Shown here piece after piece: positions 14,560-23,945 of a DNA stretch of 32,000 bases. Within the stretch, counting starts at the first letter, position 1. The number at the start of each line of letters is the position of its first letter. The notes under the pieces were generated by a model. That model worked only from the letters and a program-made list of their open reading frames with translations. It did no database searches and was not told where the DNA came from. The DNA is taken from assembly GCA_001766815.1 (NCBI GenBank), contig LYOS01000003.1, positions 175,254 through 207,253 of the forward strand, written 5' to 3'. The translations under genes were made by a program, and so were the position numbers. Source of the DNA: Candidatus Syntropharchaeum caldarium. Its GTDB lineage: Archaea; Halobacteriota; Syntropharchaeia; Syntropharchaeales; Syntropharchaeaceae.

Positions 14560-14982
14560 CTAAACTGTTTCCTCTTTGAGCGGGTTTGGTCCAAGCTTCT
14601 TCATATCCTCGACCATCTTCGTAACCTCTTCTGCAAACTGAGGCCCCTCACTTGCACTGATCCATCTCAGCCGCACCCGTTCATCAAGTCCAAAAGCCTT
14701 GAGAACCTCTCTCAACGCAGCGATCCTTCGTCTCGCATAGTAGTTACCTTTCGTGTAGTGGCAATCACCAGGGTGACAGCCACCCATGAAAACACCGTCA
14801 GCCCCGTTTGTGAGCGCTTTTATTACAAACAATGGATCCATACGTCCTGAACACATCACCCGAATTATACGAATATTAGGAGGATACTGAATCCTCGATG
14901 TTCCGGCAAGATCTGCTCCGGCGTAAGTACACCAGTTACATGTGAATCCAAGTATTTTCGGCTCAAACTCTTCTCCCATCAA
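14560..14982 (-). CDS. mvhD: MvhD-type [2Fe-2S] adaptor protein, copy a (first gene of the operon)
   Basis: ILGFTCNWCTYAGADLAG...YPPNIRIIRVMCSGRMD...GADGVFMGGCHPGDCHY is a canonical MvhD signature. A GGAGGG SD lies directly upstream of the ATG. Confidence 0.9.
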   Translation of the reverse strand: MMGEEFEPKILGFTCNWCTYAGADLAGTSRIQYPPNIRIIRVMCSGRMDPLFVIKALTNGADGVFMGGCHPGDCHYTKGNYYARRRIAALREVLKAFGLDERVRLRWISASEGPQFAEEVTKMVEDMKKLGPNPLKEETV

Positions 14983-15037
14983 AACCCTCCATTAAATGAA
15001 ACCTCTTTGATCAATTACTCAATCTCTTTATTTGTAG

Positions 15038-15044
15038 CATTTAA
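15038..15044 (-). promoter_or_regulatory. TATA-like box (TTTAAAT on the minus strand), candidate promoter of the mvhD-frhB-like-hdrCBA-mvhD operon
   Basis: This is the only strong A/T box in the 179-nt gap upstream of mvhD-a. It lies ~56 nt upstream of the ATG, which leaves room for a ~30-nt leader containing the GGAGGG SD. Confidence 0.35.
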
Positions 15045-15161
15045 AGTTTGCTATTCTGTTGCCTCTCTTGGATGGGGGAACACGAAATTTAGTGAACTTG
15101 ATGCCAGAAAGAGTGAAGATTACCTCGAGGGATGTTACCATCATTGAATCTTGTAGCGGAC

Positions 15162-15857
15162 TTATAGAATTGCAACAAGAAGTCCAATCAGGATGACAAG
15201 ATATATCGCTTCGAAGTTTCCTCTACCACCGAGACTGAATACCGGGCTTCCAGCCTCAATATCTATCGAAAAGATCTTTGACAGAAGCCCGAGTTCGATG
15301 CCGATTATTCCTGATACAAGCATCCCACTTATAATGTCTACTGGGGTTACGAGGATTGCAAGTGGGAGTGAGAGAAGCCCTATATGGGGCGGCGCAACGA
15401 TCCCAATCCCAGGTTCAATGAATGCAAGCAGGTTTGTAACCGCAAACATGATTATTGCAATTATCACAAACTCTTCGAGTGAGACCGGTGAGATTATACC
15501 GATAACGAGTGCGAAGAGAAGTGGCAGGATGAAACCACCGAGATTGAGTGTGATCATTGAGTCATAGAGCCTGCCGTCACTTCCCTCGATCTCTTCTCGG
15601 GGGACTGAATGTAACCGCTCAAGCGTTTTAATTTCATTTTCGGTATATCTGGGCTTTTTGGTCTTCTTTTTAAGTACTGGGATCTCTATTATGCTCAAAA
15701 GTAAAAACAACAGCGATATTGCAAAGAAGACGAGAGGGTTCAGACTGAATTCAAACGCTGATGGCTCTATACGATATGCAAGGATAAAAATAGGGGATAG
15801 AAGGAATATAAAGAATAGCATCATTCTCAAATCTGGATAACGGACTATACCACGCAT
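15162..15857 (-). CDS. Polytopic integral membrane protein, possibly DUF1614 family
   Basis: About 6 hydrophobic segments are present. Glycine-rich motifs NLGGFILPLLFA and SLGGRGNFEAIYL resemble what I recall of DUF1614. The start could instead be the internal MM at aa 12-13. Confidence 0.45.
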   Translation of the reverse strand: MRGIVRYPDLRMMLFFIFLLSPIFILAYRIEPSAFEFSLNPLVFFAISLLFLLLSIIEIPVLKKKTKKPRYTENEIKTLERLHSVPREEIEGSDGRLYDSMITLNLGGFILPLLFALVIGIISPVSLEEFVIIAIIMFAVTNLLAFIEPGIGIVAPPHIGLLSLPLAILVTPVDIISGMLVSGIIGIELGLLSKIFSIDIEAGSPVFSLGGRGNFEAIYLVILIGLLVAIL

Positions 15858-15896
15858 AATTTTACCCCAGCATTACTCTATGATCTTTTTAAGTTC

Positions 15897-15908
15897 TTTA
15901 TATATAAA
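15897..15908. promoter_or_regulatory. Near-palindromic TATA box TTTATATATAAA in the divergent gap between the membrane protein gene and trm112
   Basis: It lies ~40-50 nt from the ATG at 15857 (minus) and ~60 nt from the ATG at 15967 (plus). It could serve both directions. Confidence 0.35.
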
Positions 15909-15966
15909 CTTTCGTATTAATCTCATCCTGCATAACTTTAATATCACAGCCCGCTGATGATTGTTT

Positions 15967-16146
15967 ATGAAACGTGAGCTTATGGAGATTCTTGCCTGTC
16001 CTATCTGCAAGGGCGAACTCGAACTTGATGTTACCGTAGAGAACGATGAGATCGAGGAAGGCATACTTCGATGTGATGCCTGCAATGAATCGTATCCGAT
16101 CAAAGATGGAATCCCAAATCTATTACCACCAGAATTAAGGGCATAA
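15967..16146 (+). CDS. trm112: Trm112-family small zinc-ribbon protein (methyltransferase activator)
   Basis: LMEILACPICKGEL...LRCDACNESYPIKDGIPNLL is the Trm112/UPF0434 signature. The ORF track starts at TTG 15961, but ATG 15967 (MKREL) is the more likely start. Confidence 0.8.
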   Translation: MKRELMEILACPICKGELELDVTVENDEIEEGILRCDACNESYPIKDGIPNLLPPELRA

Positions 16147-16160
16147 AGGGCATAAATAAG

Positions 16161-16817
16161 ATGGATAGGGTGGCTGAGATAGAAGAGCATGTGCATATTG
16201 GAAGAAAAGGTACAGACTCGATCGAGTTTGACAGGGATGAGTTGAAGTTATCGCTCCAGCCCGGTGAGGAGACGAGTTTTACGGTTACAATCAGTAACTA
16301 TACAATCCCGACACACGTCCATTTTGCGCTCGACCGGGAACTCAGGGACTTCCTTACGATCATAAATGAGAACCCTTATGTTCGAACCGAGGAGAAGATC
16401 CCGATTGTTGTAAGAGTTCCAAAAGATAGCACAGAGGACATCTACAGCGGCAGGGTCCATGTTATCAGTGGATATGGATCTGTGAAGGGTAGTTTTACCG
16501 TCACAATTAGTGTGAGGGTGGAGAAACCTGAAATGAATGGGCGATTTGAAGAAAAAGCTCCAATAAGGGTTTCGATACCGCGTAAAAGCATTAAAAGGAT
16601 TAAAATCAAAGATAAAGTACCGCTGGGGATCTTGAACAAAAAGACAAAACTCTCGCGGGATGTACTGGTGGCAACTGGCATCACATCGTTAATACTGATC
16701 TTTCTCACCTATCTATTTATCTTCAATCCAGCTTCCTTCGGGATATCACTCCTCACATCAATTCTGGTTATGCTTCTTGTATTCTATATATTTAACATCT
16801 ACAGAGGTCAAAGATGA
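16161..16817 (+). CDS. Hypothetical membrane-anchored protein with an N-terminal beta-rich soluble domain and two C-terminal TM helices
   Basis: 218 aa. The alternating beta-strand-like pattern ([41 protein letters not shown]) is followed by a basic linker, then [20 protein letters not shown] and [17 protein letters not shown]. The stop overlaps the pyrG start (ATGA). Confidence 0.5.
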   Translation: MDRVAEIEEHVHIGRKGTDSIEFDRDELKLSLQPGEETSFTVTISNYTIPTHVHFALDRELRDFLTIINENPYVRTEEKIPIVVRVPKDSTEDIYSGRVHVISGYGSVKGSFTVTISVRVEKPEMNGRFEEKAPIRVSIPRKSIKRIKIKDKVPLGILNKKTKLSRDVLVATGITSLILIFLTYLFIFNPASFGISLLTSILVMLLVFYIFNIYRGQR

Positions 16818-18394
16818 AGTACATTATTGTAACGGGCGGCGTAATGAGCGGTCTTGGAAAGGGGATTACAGCAGCTTCCATTGGACGCTTGCTCAAGAAT
16901 AAAGGATTTGAGGTAACGGCGATCAAGATTGATCCGTACATCAATGCTGATGCAGGGACGATGAACCCGTTTCAGCACGGTGAGGTATTCATACTCAAGG
17001 ATGGTGGTGAGGTGGATCTTGATCTTGGACATTACGAGCGATTTATGGATACAGCATTCACAAAAGACCATAATATCACAACAGGTACAATCTACCGTTC
17101 TGTCATCGATAAAGAGAGAAGGGGCGAGTATCTTGGCTCAACTGTTCAGATCATTCCGCACATAACAAATGAGATCAAAGATACGATCCGAGAGGTTGCA
17201 CGAAAAAGTAACGCTGAGATCTGTCTCGTTGAAGTCGGTGGAACGGTTGGTGATATCGAGAGCATGCCATTTTTGGAGGCTATGAGACAGATGCACCGTG
17301 AGATGCCATCGGATTGTATATTCATCCATGTCACGCTCGTTCCGACTGACTCAATGGGTGACCAGAAGACAAAACCATCACAACATTCTGTAAAGGCACT
17401 CAGAGAGCTTGGAATCCATCCTGATGTCATTGTCGTGCGATCAAAAGATCCACTGAATCAATCTGCTCGTGATAAACTTGCTCTCTTCTGTGATGTTCCG
17501 CTTGCAGCCGTGATCAGTGCGTACGATGCCAGCGACATCTATGAGGTTCCGCTCATCCTTGAGAAGGAGAGACTGACTGATTACATCCTTGACCGCTTCA
17601 AGCTGACGCCTGAGAAGGATGACAGTGGCTGGAGGAAGATGGTTGAGCGGATGCGGTTGCTTGAGAAGAAGATCAGGATCGCTGTTGTTGGAAAGTACAC
17701 TGGGATAGAAGATGCTTACCTTTCGATAAGAGAAGCATTGAAACATGCAGGCGTCGATGCTGGGTGTATCGTTGATATAAAATGGATTGAGGCAGAGGAA
17801 CTTGAAAGTTCAGAGAATCCCGAGGAATTACTCGGTGATGTGGGCGGTATCCTCGTTCCAGGTGGATTTGGTATAAGGGGTGCTGAAGGCAAGATCACGG
17901 CAATCAAATTTGCAAGAGAGCATAAAATCCCATTTTTAGGGATCTGTTTTGGATTTCAGCTTGCCGTTGTTGAGTTTGCCAGGCACAGGCTCGGCTGGAA
18001 AGGGGCATCAAGTACCGAGATTACAGATACACCATATCCTGTGATCGAGATACTGCCTGAGCAGCTCGATGTCGAGGATCTTGGTGGAACGATGCGGCTG
18101 GGGGATTCAGAGATCACGGTTCTTAAAGGCACACGGGCTTATGCAATATATGGGAAAGAAGAGATCGTTGAGCGCCACAGACACCGATATGAGGTAAACC
18201 CAGAATACATCGAAGCTATAGAAGAGGGAGGTATGCGATTTTCAGGAAAAAGCGGTAACAGAATGGAAATTCTTGAGATCGAGGATCATCCATTCTTCAT
18301 TGGGACACAGTTTCATCCTGAGTTTAGATCGAGGCCAGGTAAACCTGCGCCCGTCTTCAGGGCGTTTGTGAGGGCAGTTTTGAGAGATGAGTAA
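16814..18394 (+). CDS. pyrG: CTP synthase (glutamine-hydrolysing)
   Basis: [18 protein letters not shown] is at the N-terminus. The GATase domain has FLGICFGFQ (Cys nucleophile) and [16 protein letters not shown] lies 5 nt upstream. Confidence 0.95.
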   Translation: MKYIIVTGGVMSGLGKGITAASIGRLLKNKGFEVTAIKIDPYINADAGTMNPFQHGEVFILKDGGEVDLDLGHYERFMDTAFTKDHNITTGTIYRSVIDKERRGEYLGSTVQIIPHITNEIKDTIREVARKSNAEICLVEVGGTVGDIESMPFLEAMRQMHREMPSDCIFIHVTLVPTDSMGDQKTKPSQHSVKALRELGIHPDVIVVRSKDPLNQSARDKLALFCDVPLAAVISAYDASDIYEVPLILEKERLTDYILDRFKLTPEKDDSGWRKMVERMRLLEKKIRIAVVGKYTGIEDAYLSIREALKHAGVDAGCIVDIKWIEAEELESSENPEELLGDVGGILVPGGFGIRGAEGKITAIKFAREHKIPFLGICFGFQLAVVEFARHRLGWKGASSTEITDTPYPVIEILPEQLDVEDLGGTMRLGDSEITVLKGTRAYAIYGKEEIVERHRHRYEVNPEYIEAIEEGGMRFSGKSGNRMEILEIEDHPFFIGTQFHPEFRSRPGKPAPVFRAFVRAVLRDE

Positions 18395-19313
18395 ATTACT
18401 GGTTCAACGGAAGATAATCGAGATTCTACGGATTCTGAGCGATGCAGAGGGACCTCTGGGTGCAAGAAAAATTGGAGATCTCTTGAAGGAAAGGGGGTAC
18501 AATCTCGGAGAGCGTGCAGTGCGATATCATCTTAGCATCCTTGATGAGCAGGGTTTCACGAAGAAGCATGGGTATCACGGTCGAACCATCACAGAGCGTG
18601 GCAGAAAGGAGCTTGAGGAAGCACTTGTAACGGACAGGCTCAACTTTGTGATGACAAGAATCGAGTCGTTGATTTACCAGTGTTCTTTTGACCCAGGACG
18701 TCGGGAAGGAGATGTTATCGTAAATCTCTCGACCGTTGATAAGGATCAACTGGATGATATTATGGGGTTATTCAATGAGTTTGTGGCTTCAGGACTTCAA
18801 TCATCCCATATCAGGATCATGGATGAGGGTGAGATGACAGGCGGAGAGGTTGTGCCAGCAGGAAAGGCGGTTATCGCAACACTCTGCAGTATCACAGTCG
18901 ATGGTGTCTTTCTCAATCATGGAATTCCGGCAGAGCTTAAATTTGGTGGTGTTGTGAGAATAAAAGATGGCAAATACGATGGTTTTCTGGATTATATTGG
19001 GTACAGGGGGACAACGATCGATCCAATAAAGATCTTTCTTGCAAAGAAGATGACCGACATCACCGGTGCGATCAGAGGGGAGGGTAGAATACTTGCAAAC
19101 TACCGTGAGGTTCCTGAAGTTGCAAAGGATGCAATCGAAGGGGTATTATCAGATCTGAGCCTGCTTGGAATGAGGGGATGGGCTCAGACATCAGGTGGCG
19201 TGGTCATGTATGCAGGAGTCAACAGCATTGCCTACATCGAAGAAAAAGGGATCAAGACTGATACACAGCCAAATGCAAGACTGATGCCGTTTAAATCAAT
19301 GAAGGAGGTTTAA
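18387..19313 (+). CDS. nrpR: NrpR-type nitrogen-regulatory repressor (winged HTH plus one NrpR regulatory domain)
   Basis: [64 protein letters not shown] matches the NrpR N-terminal HTH pattern. At 308 aa the protein has room for only a single regulatory domain. Confidence 0.7.
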   Translation: MSKLLVQRKIIEILRILSDAEGPLGARKIGDLLKERGYNLGERAVRYHLSILDEQGFTKKHGYHGRTITERGRKELEEALVTDRLNFVMTRIESLIYQCSFDPGRREGDVIVNLSTVDKDQLDDIMGLFNEFVASGLQSSHIRIMDEGEMTGGEVVPAGKAVIATLCSITVDGVFLNHGIPAELKFGGVVRIKDGKYDGFLDYIGYRGTTIDPIKIFLAKKMTDITGAIRGEGRILANYREVPEVAKDAIEGVLSDLSLLGMRGWAQTSGGVVMYAGVNSIAYIEEKGIKTDTQPNARLMPFKSMKEV

Positions 19314-19314
19314 A

Positions 19315-20592
19315 ATGAAGTTAATTGCAAAACCATCTCATCTATCAGGTGAGATAAGAGTACCTGGATCAAAATCACATACAATAAGGGCAATTGTCCT
19401 TGCCACACTTGCAGATGGAAGATCTAAGATCATAGAACCGCTTATATCAGAGGATACAACCTCATGTCTTGATGCGTGCACCAAACTGGGCGCAGAGATC
19501 GAGTTAAAAGATTATGGAATGATTATTGATGGTTGTGGAGGAGAGCCAGATCCTCAGGTTGAGCTGATAGATATTGGAAATTCTGGTACAAGTCTGAGAT
19601 TTTTAACATCTGTTGCAGCACTATCTGACAAAGCTGTAAAATTTGATGGTGATGCTTCGATCAGAAGGCGGCCAATGCAATCACTCCTGAATGCACTCAA
19701 CAGTCTTGGTGCAAGTGCAAGATCACTTAAAAATAATGGTTGCTGCCCGATCGAAGTTAAAGGACCTCTTATCGGCGGTAGAGCTACAGTGGATGGCATA
19801 ACATCCCAGTACATATCATCACTTCTCATAACGACTCCGCTTGCAGAACGTGATTCAACACTTCTTGTTGAAAACCTCAGGGAGATCCCCTATGTCGAGA
19901 TGACACTTTACTGGCTCAAGCGGCAGGGAATATTATATGAAGAAGAGAATATGCGTCTGTTCAGGGTTAAAGGATCTCAGAGTTACAGAGCTTTTGATAC
20001 GAAGATTCCAGGGGACTTCTCATCCGCAACCTTCCCGATCATTGCTGCTGCAATCACCAGCTCGGATGTTAGAGTCAGGGGGCTTGATATGAATGACGTG
20101 CAGGGAGATAAAGGTGTCATCGATCTTTTAAGGAAGATGGGAGCAAAAATAACAGATCTTGAGGACGGTGTGAGGGTGGAGGGTAGAGAAGGAGGTCTTG
20201 AGGGAATAGAGATCGATCTATCCAATATGCCTGATGCACTTCCAGCATTATCTGTTGCCGGTGCTGTTTCAAAGGGTACAACGGTCATCAAGAATGCATA
20301 TCAGGCACGGATCAAGGAGAGCGATAGGATAGCTGTTATGGCAGCAGAACTATCGAAGATGGGGGCAGATGTTACAGAGCGTGAAGATGGGTTAATCTTA
20401 AGAGAGAGCGTGCTGAAAGGCGCAAGGGTCTATGGGCATCAGGATCACCGTGTTGTGATGGCACTCACACTTGCAGGGCTTGTTGCAGAGGGTGAGACTG
20501 TAATCGATGGGTCAGAGTTTGTGGATATCACATTTCCAGGGTTTGTTGAATCGATGAAGAGCATTGGTTGCAGTTTAGAGGAGATCGAATGA
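19315..20592 (+). CDS. aroA: 3-phosphoshikimate 1-carboxyvinyltransferase (EPSP synthase)
   Basis: [23 protein letters not shown] and ARIKESDRI are present, with a GGAGGT SD 6 nt upstream. Confidence 0.92.
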   Translation: MKLIAKPSHLSGEIRVPGSKSHTIRAIVLATLADGRSKIIEPLISEDTTSCLDACTKLGAEIELKDYGMIIDGCGGEPDPQVELIDIGNSGTSLRFLTSVAALSDKAVKFDGDASIRRRPMQSLLNALNSLGASARSLKNNGCCPIEVKGPLIGGRATVDGITSQYISSLLITTPLAERDSTLLVENLREIPYVEMTLYWLKRQGILYEEENMRLFRVKGSQSYRAFDTKIPGDFSSATFPIIAAAITSSDVRVRGLDMNDVQGDKGVIDLLRKMGAKITDLEDGVRVEGREGGLEGIEIDLSNMPDALPALSVAGAVSKGTTVIKNAYQARIKESDRIAVMAAELSKMGADVTEREDGLILRESVLKGARVYGHQDHRVVMALTLAGLVAEGETVIDGSEFVDITFPGFVESMKSIGCSLEEIE

Positions 20593-20649
20593 TACCTGGT
20601 GGATCATTTAGCAATCTTAATTACCGATAATAACAGAAGTTGAAGAGAG

Positions 20650-21579
20650 ATGTGGGAAGCAAGTGTTAAAACCGTCATAGATGTCTGCCTCGATCTGAAG
20701 TCTGACGAAGATCTTCTGATCATCACCGATACTGGCACATCTCCTCGCATCGGAGATTCACTCCTTGAGTACGCACACAGCAAGGGGAATAGGGCGGTAC
20801 TTCTGCGGATGAAGGAGCTGGAATACAACGGAAAAGAACCATCAGATATTGTAAAAAATGCAATGCTTGAGGCTGATGCGATAATTGCTGCCACAAGAAG
20901 ATCCCTGACTCATACAAACGCCCGTATCGATGCATGCAAAAATGGCGCAAGAATCATCTCGATGCCAGGAATCACAGAGGATATGTTTGGATCTGGTGGG
21001 ATGAAAGCAGACTATATCAGGCTTGATAGAACGATCCGAGACCTGAAATCCAGGTTTGCAGATGCCAGTGAGATCAGGGTTCTGACAGGTTCAGGATGTG
21101 ATCTGAGCATCGATCTCAGGGGGTGTGAGTGGCACGTTGACAGTGGAATATGTCATGAAGCGGGTATTGGGGTGAATCTACCTGCAGGTGAACTTTTTCT
21201 CGCACCAGCCAACGTCGAGGGTACTGCTGTTCTTGACGGCACGATAGCAGGACTTGAGGATGAGGATACACTCCTTGAAGTTGAGATCAAGGATAGGATG
21301 GCGGTCCAGATCACAGGAAAGGGTTCAGAGAAATTTAAAGAACTGCTGGATCGTGCAGGTCGAAACGCATACAATATAGCAGAGTTTGCGATCGGGATGA
21401 ACCCTGAAGCGAGGCTGATTGGAAATATTCTTGAGGATGAGAAGGTCTGGGGTACGGTTCACATCGCATTTGGCACAAACACAGCGTTTGGCGGAGATGT
21501 GGACGCAGGAATTCACCTTGATTGCATCATAAAAGATCCAGAGATCTACGTTGATGGAAAGAAATGGGACTGGTGGTAA
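20650..21579 (+). CDS. M29 (AmpS/PepS-like) aminopeptidase family protein
   Basis: [22 protein letters not shown] and HLDCII are motifs typical of the thermophilic metalloprotease M29-like family. The stop overlaps the ftr start (TAATG). Confidence 0.6.
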   Translation: MWEASVKTVIDVCLDLKSDEDLLIITDTGTSPRIGDSLLEYAHSKGNRAVLLRMKELEYNGKEPSDIVKNAMLEADAIIAATRRSLTHTNARIDACKNGARIISMPGITEDMFGSGGMKADYIRLDRTIRDLKSRFADASEIRVLTGSGCDLSIDLRGCEWHVDSGICHEAGIGVNLPAGELFLAPANVEGTAVLDGTIAGLEDEDTLLEVEIKDRMAVQITGKGSEKFKELLDRAGRNAYNIAEFAIGMNPEARLIGNILEDEKVWGTVHIAFGTNTAFGGDVDAGIHLDCIIKDPEIYVDGKKWDWW

Positions 21580-22451
21580 TGGAAGTTGAGGATACATTCT
21601 GTGAGGTATTTGATGGGCGATATGTGAGGCTGATCGTAACAGCTGCTGATTCCAGACGACTCAGGCGAGCGACCTATTCATCGACAGCCCTACCCTCAAC
21701 CGTATTTGGAGAGGCAGAGGGCGGTCTTGAGCGGTGGCTCGGCGAGGATGAAACCCCAGATGGAAGGTCTGGTTCGATCATTCAGATATGGGTGAATAAA
21801 AAAGGGGATTCAAAAAAAGTGCTTGAGATTGAGCTTTCAAAACGGATAAGACAGGGCATTCTTGTTGTTCCAACAACCACAGTCTTTAACGCGCTCGAAT
21901 CAGATGAAATGATCGATATCTGGGAACGAGTCGGGCACTGCGGTGATGGTTATGAATGGGAAGAAGAGCGATATGGAAGAAAGATGATCAACATCCCGCT
22001 CATGATGGGTGAATTTTTGATTGAACGCAAACTCGGTCTTGGTGATGGTTTTATGGGCGGAAACGTCTGGTTCTACTGCGATTCGATCGAGCATGCACTT
22101 GCGATCGGTGACAGGGCAGTGGCTGCAATCGAAGAAGTTGAGGGTGCGATCACGTCCTTTGATATCTGTGCCGCAGGCTCGAAGGTTGAGACAAACTATC
22201 CTGAGATTGGCCCAACAACAAACCATCTGTATTGCCCGACACTCCGCGACAGGATTCCTGACTCAAAGGTGCCTGAGGGGGTAAGATCGATACCAGAGAT
22301 TGTCATAAACGCGAGAAGTATCGAAGAGATTAAAGAAGCGATGAGAGCTTCAATAAAAGCAGTAGATGGTATGGATGGACTTCTCGGCATCTCCTCTGGA
22401 AACTATGGTGGAAAGCTCGGATCACATAAGATCTACCTCAGAGATCTTTGA
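21579..22451 (+). CDS. ftr: Formylmethanofuran:tetrahydromethanopterin N-formyltransferase
   Basis: [42 protein letters not shown] and [10 protein letters not shown] align along the full length with Ftr as I recall it. The track start at 21564 is probably too early, and ATG 21579 gives the canonical N-terminus. Confidence 0.85.
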   Translation: MEVEDTFCEVFDGRYVRLIVTAADSRRLRRATYSSTALPSTVFGEAEGGLERWLGEDETPDGRSGSIIQIWVNKKGDSKKVLEIELSKRIRQGILVVPTTTVFNALESDEMIDIWERVGHCGDGYEWEEERYGRKMINIPLMMGEFLIERKLGLGDGFMGGNVWFYCDSIEHALAIGDRAVAAIEEVEGAITSFDICAAGSKVETNYPEIGPTTNHLYCPTLRDRIPDSKVPEGVRSIPEIVINARSIEEIKEAMRASIKAVDGMDGLLGISSGNYGGKLGSHKIYLRDL

Positions 22452-22752
22452 GTGGGGCTGGAGATGTTGGTGCAACCCTGAAACCTTTACCAAGATCCCG
22501 TACAGGCTCATCCCATTCATATCGCAGATCCTCGACCCTCGCGCCCCGCGGACCCTTCTTTACAAACGATAGAAGCTCCTCAAGCTTATCCTGAGTACCT
22601 TCTGCAATCACCTCGACCCTGCCATCATAGAGGTTTCTGACCCAGCCATCAAGCCCGAGCTTCTCAGCAACCGCCTGTGTCGCATATCTGAAGAATACAC
22701 CCTGCACCCTACCACTCACAATTATGTGAATCTGTAGACGTCTATCTGCCAT
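22438..22752 (-). CDS. acyP: Acylphosphatase
   Basis: Both acylphosphatase signatures are present ([15 protein letters not shown] and [13 protein letters not shown]). The 3' end overlaps the ftr 3' end by 14 nt. Confidence 0.85.
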   Translation of the reverse strand: MADRRLQIHIIVSGRVQGVFFRYATQAVAEKLGLDGWVRNLYDGRVEVIAEGTQDKLEELLSFVKKGPRGARVEDLRYEWDEPVRDLGKGFRVAPTSPAPLKDL

Positions 22753-22774
22753 AGATAAAATTTAGAATGATAGT

Positions 22775-23944
22775 CTAAAAACTTTTCATAAGTGCAAGAG
22801 CGAAACTGGCTGCTTTCATCTTCGGGAGGCGGGCAAGTTTCTTGAGAAGGATCGATGGTCTGTCTATATCGCCAAATTCCTCAATCATCTCTTTGATTTC
22901 TGGCTCACTGAGAAATTCAAGCAGCTGCGAGAGGGTACTATCATCAAGCCTGCTGAACCAGCGATGGAACGCAAAACCGATCGCAAGTTCTCTCCCGATA
23001 CTTTTTCTCCATCTATGTTCATACTCAAGAAGTTTTTTTTCTTGCGTATCCCCCTCCAGTGCTGCCTCTGCCGCCACACTACCTGCTATTTTGGCACAGA
23101 CTGCTCCAGTGTATATTCCTCCTCCTGTTGTTGGCTTGACCTGACCTGCTGCATCCCCCACTGCAAGAAAACCATCTGCGACCGTTCGCCTGGCCATCCC
23201 GATCGGGATTCCACCGATCACCATATCTGTGATTGATCCTGTGATCGAGGGATGTTCTTTTATGAGCTTCTGGAGGTACCTCAGTGGCAACCGTCCTGAA
23301 CCATCTGCAACACACAACCCAACGCGCCCAAACCCCTCCTCTGTGGGTATCATCCATGCAAAAAATCCTGGTGCAATTGATTCACCCAGAAAAAGCTCTA
23401 CAAACCTGGAATCTTCAAACTCACAGCTTACCTCTGCCTGAATTCCAGGTATGATCTTTGGGAGATTGGAATCTCCAAGATAGGACCTTGTGATCTTTCG
23501 AGAAACTCCCTCTGCCGCGATGATGACATCTGCATCGATAAACTCTCGCTCACCAGAAATGCGAAGTTCGAGTCTTCCACGAGAACTGTTGAGCACTTTA
23601 CTTCTCAGAAAAAGTGCACATCCTGCATCCATCGCATGATCTACAAGTTCCCGATCAAATAACCTCCGATCAACGATCCACGCCTTCTCACTGTGTCCAT
23701 CAATTTTCAGGCGGTGGTGGAAGGCGTTTACGAACGCACCCTGCACGCTCCTGATGAGGAAGTTACCTCGATCAAGTTCACAGGCAGCAACCGCCCGTGT
23801 ACTTACAATCCCTGCACATTGAACAGGCTCTCCAATTGCAGGGTGTTCCTCGATAATAACAGTCTTTGCACCATGCATTGCCGCGTATTTACCGGCGATT
23901 GCACCACATGGGCCTCCGCCGACAATCGCAACATCGAACTTCAT
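22775..23944 (-). CDS. Geranylgeranyl reductase family FAD-dependent oxidoreductase (probable archaeal lipid saturase)
   Basis: FDVAIVGGGPCGAIAGKYAA is the FAD motif. FFAWMIP and AVGDAAGQVKPTTGGGI are typical of GGR-family enzymes. Confidence 0.8.
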   Translation of the reverse strand: MKFDVAIVGGGPCGAIAGKYAAMHGAKTVIIEEHPAIGEPVQCAGIVSTRAVAACELDRGNFLIRSVQGAFVNAFHHRLKIDGHSEKAWIVDRRLFDRELVDHAMDAGCALFLRSKVLNSSRGRLELRISGEREFIDADVIIAAEGVSRKITRSYLGDSNLPKIIPGIQAEVSCEFEDSRFVELFLGESIAPGFFAWMIPTEEGFGRVGLCVADGSGRLPLRYLQKLIKEHPSITGSITDMVIGGIPIGMARRTVADGFLAVGDAAGQVKPTTGGGIYTGAVCAKIAGSVAAEAALEGDTQEKKLLEYEHRWRKSIGRELAIGFAFHRWFSRLDDSTLSQLLEFLSEPEIKEMIEEFGDIDRPSILLKKLARLPKMKAASFALALMKSF

Positions 23945-23945
23945 C

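Noticed and set aside
9041-14982. In-frame TGA (selenocysteine) or TAG (pyrrolysine) recoding in hdrA or mvhD, as occurs in some methanogens.
   Set aside because: All Hdr and MvhD ORFs are continuous, with Cys codons at the expected positions. No interrupted frames or SECIS-like need is evident.
15873-16196. 107-aa minus-strand ORF covering the trm112 locus.
   Set aside because: It is antisense to a textbook Trm112 zinc-ribbon ORF, and its product is serine-rich and low-complexity.
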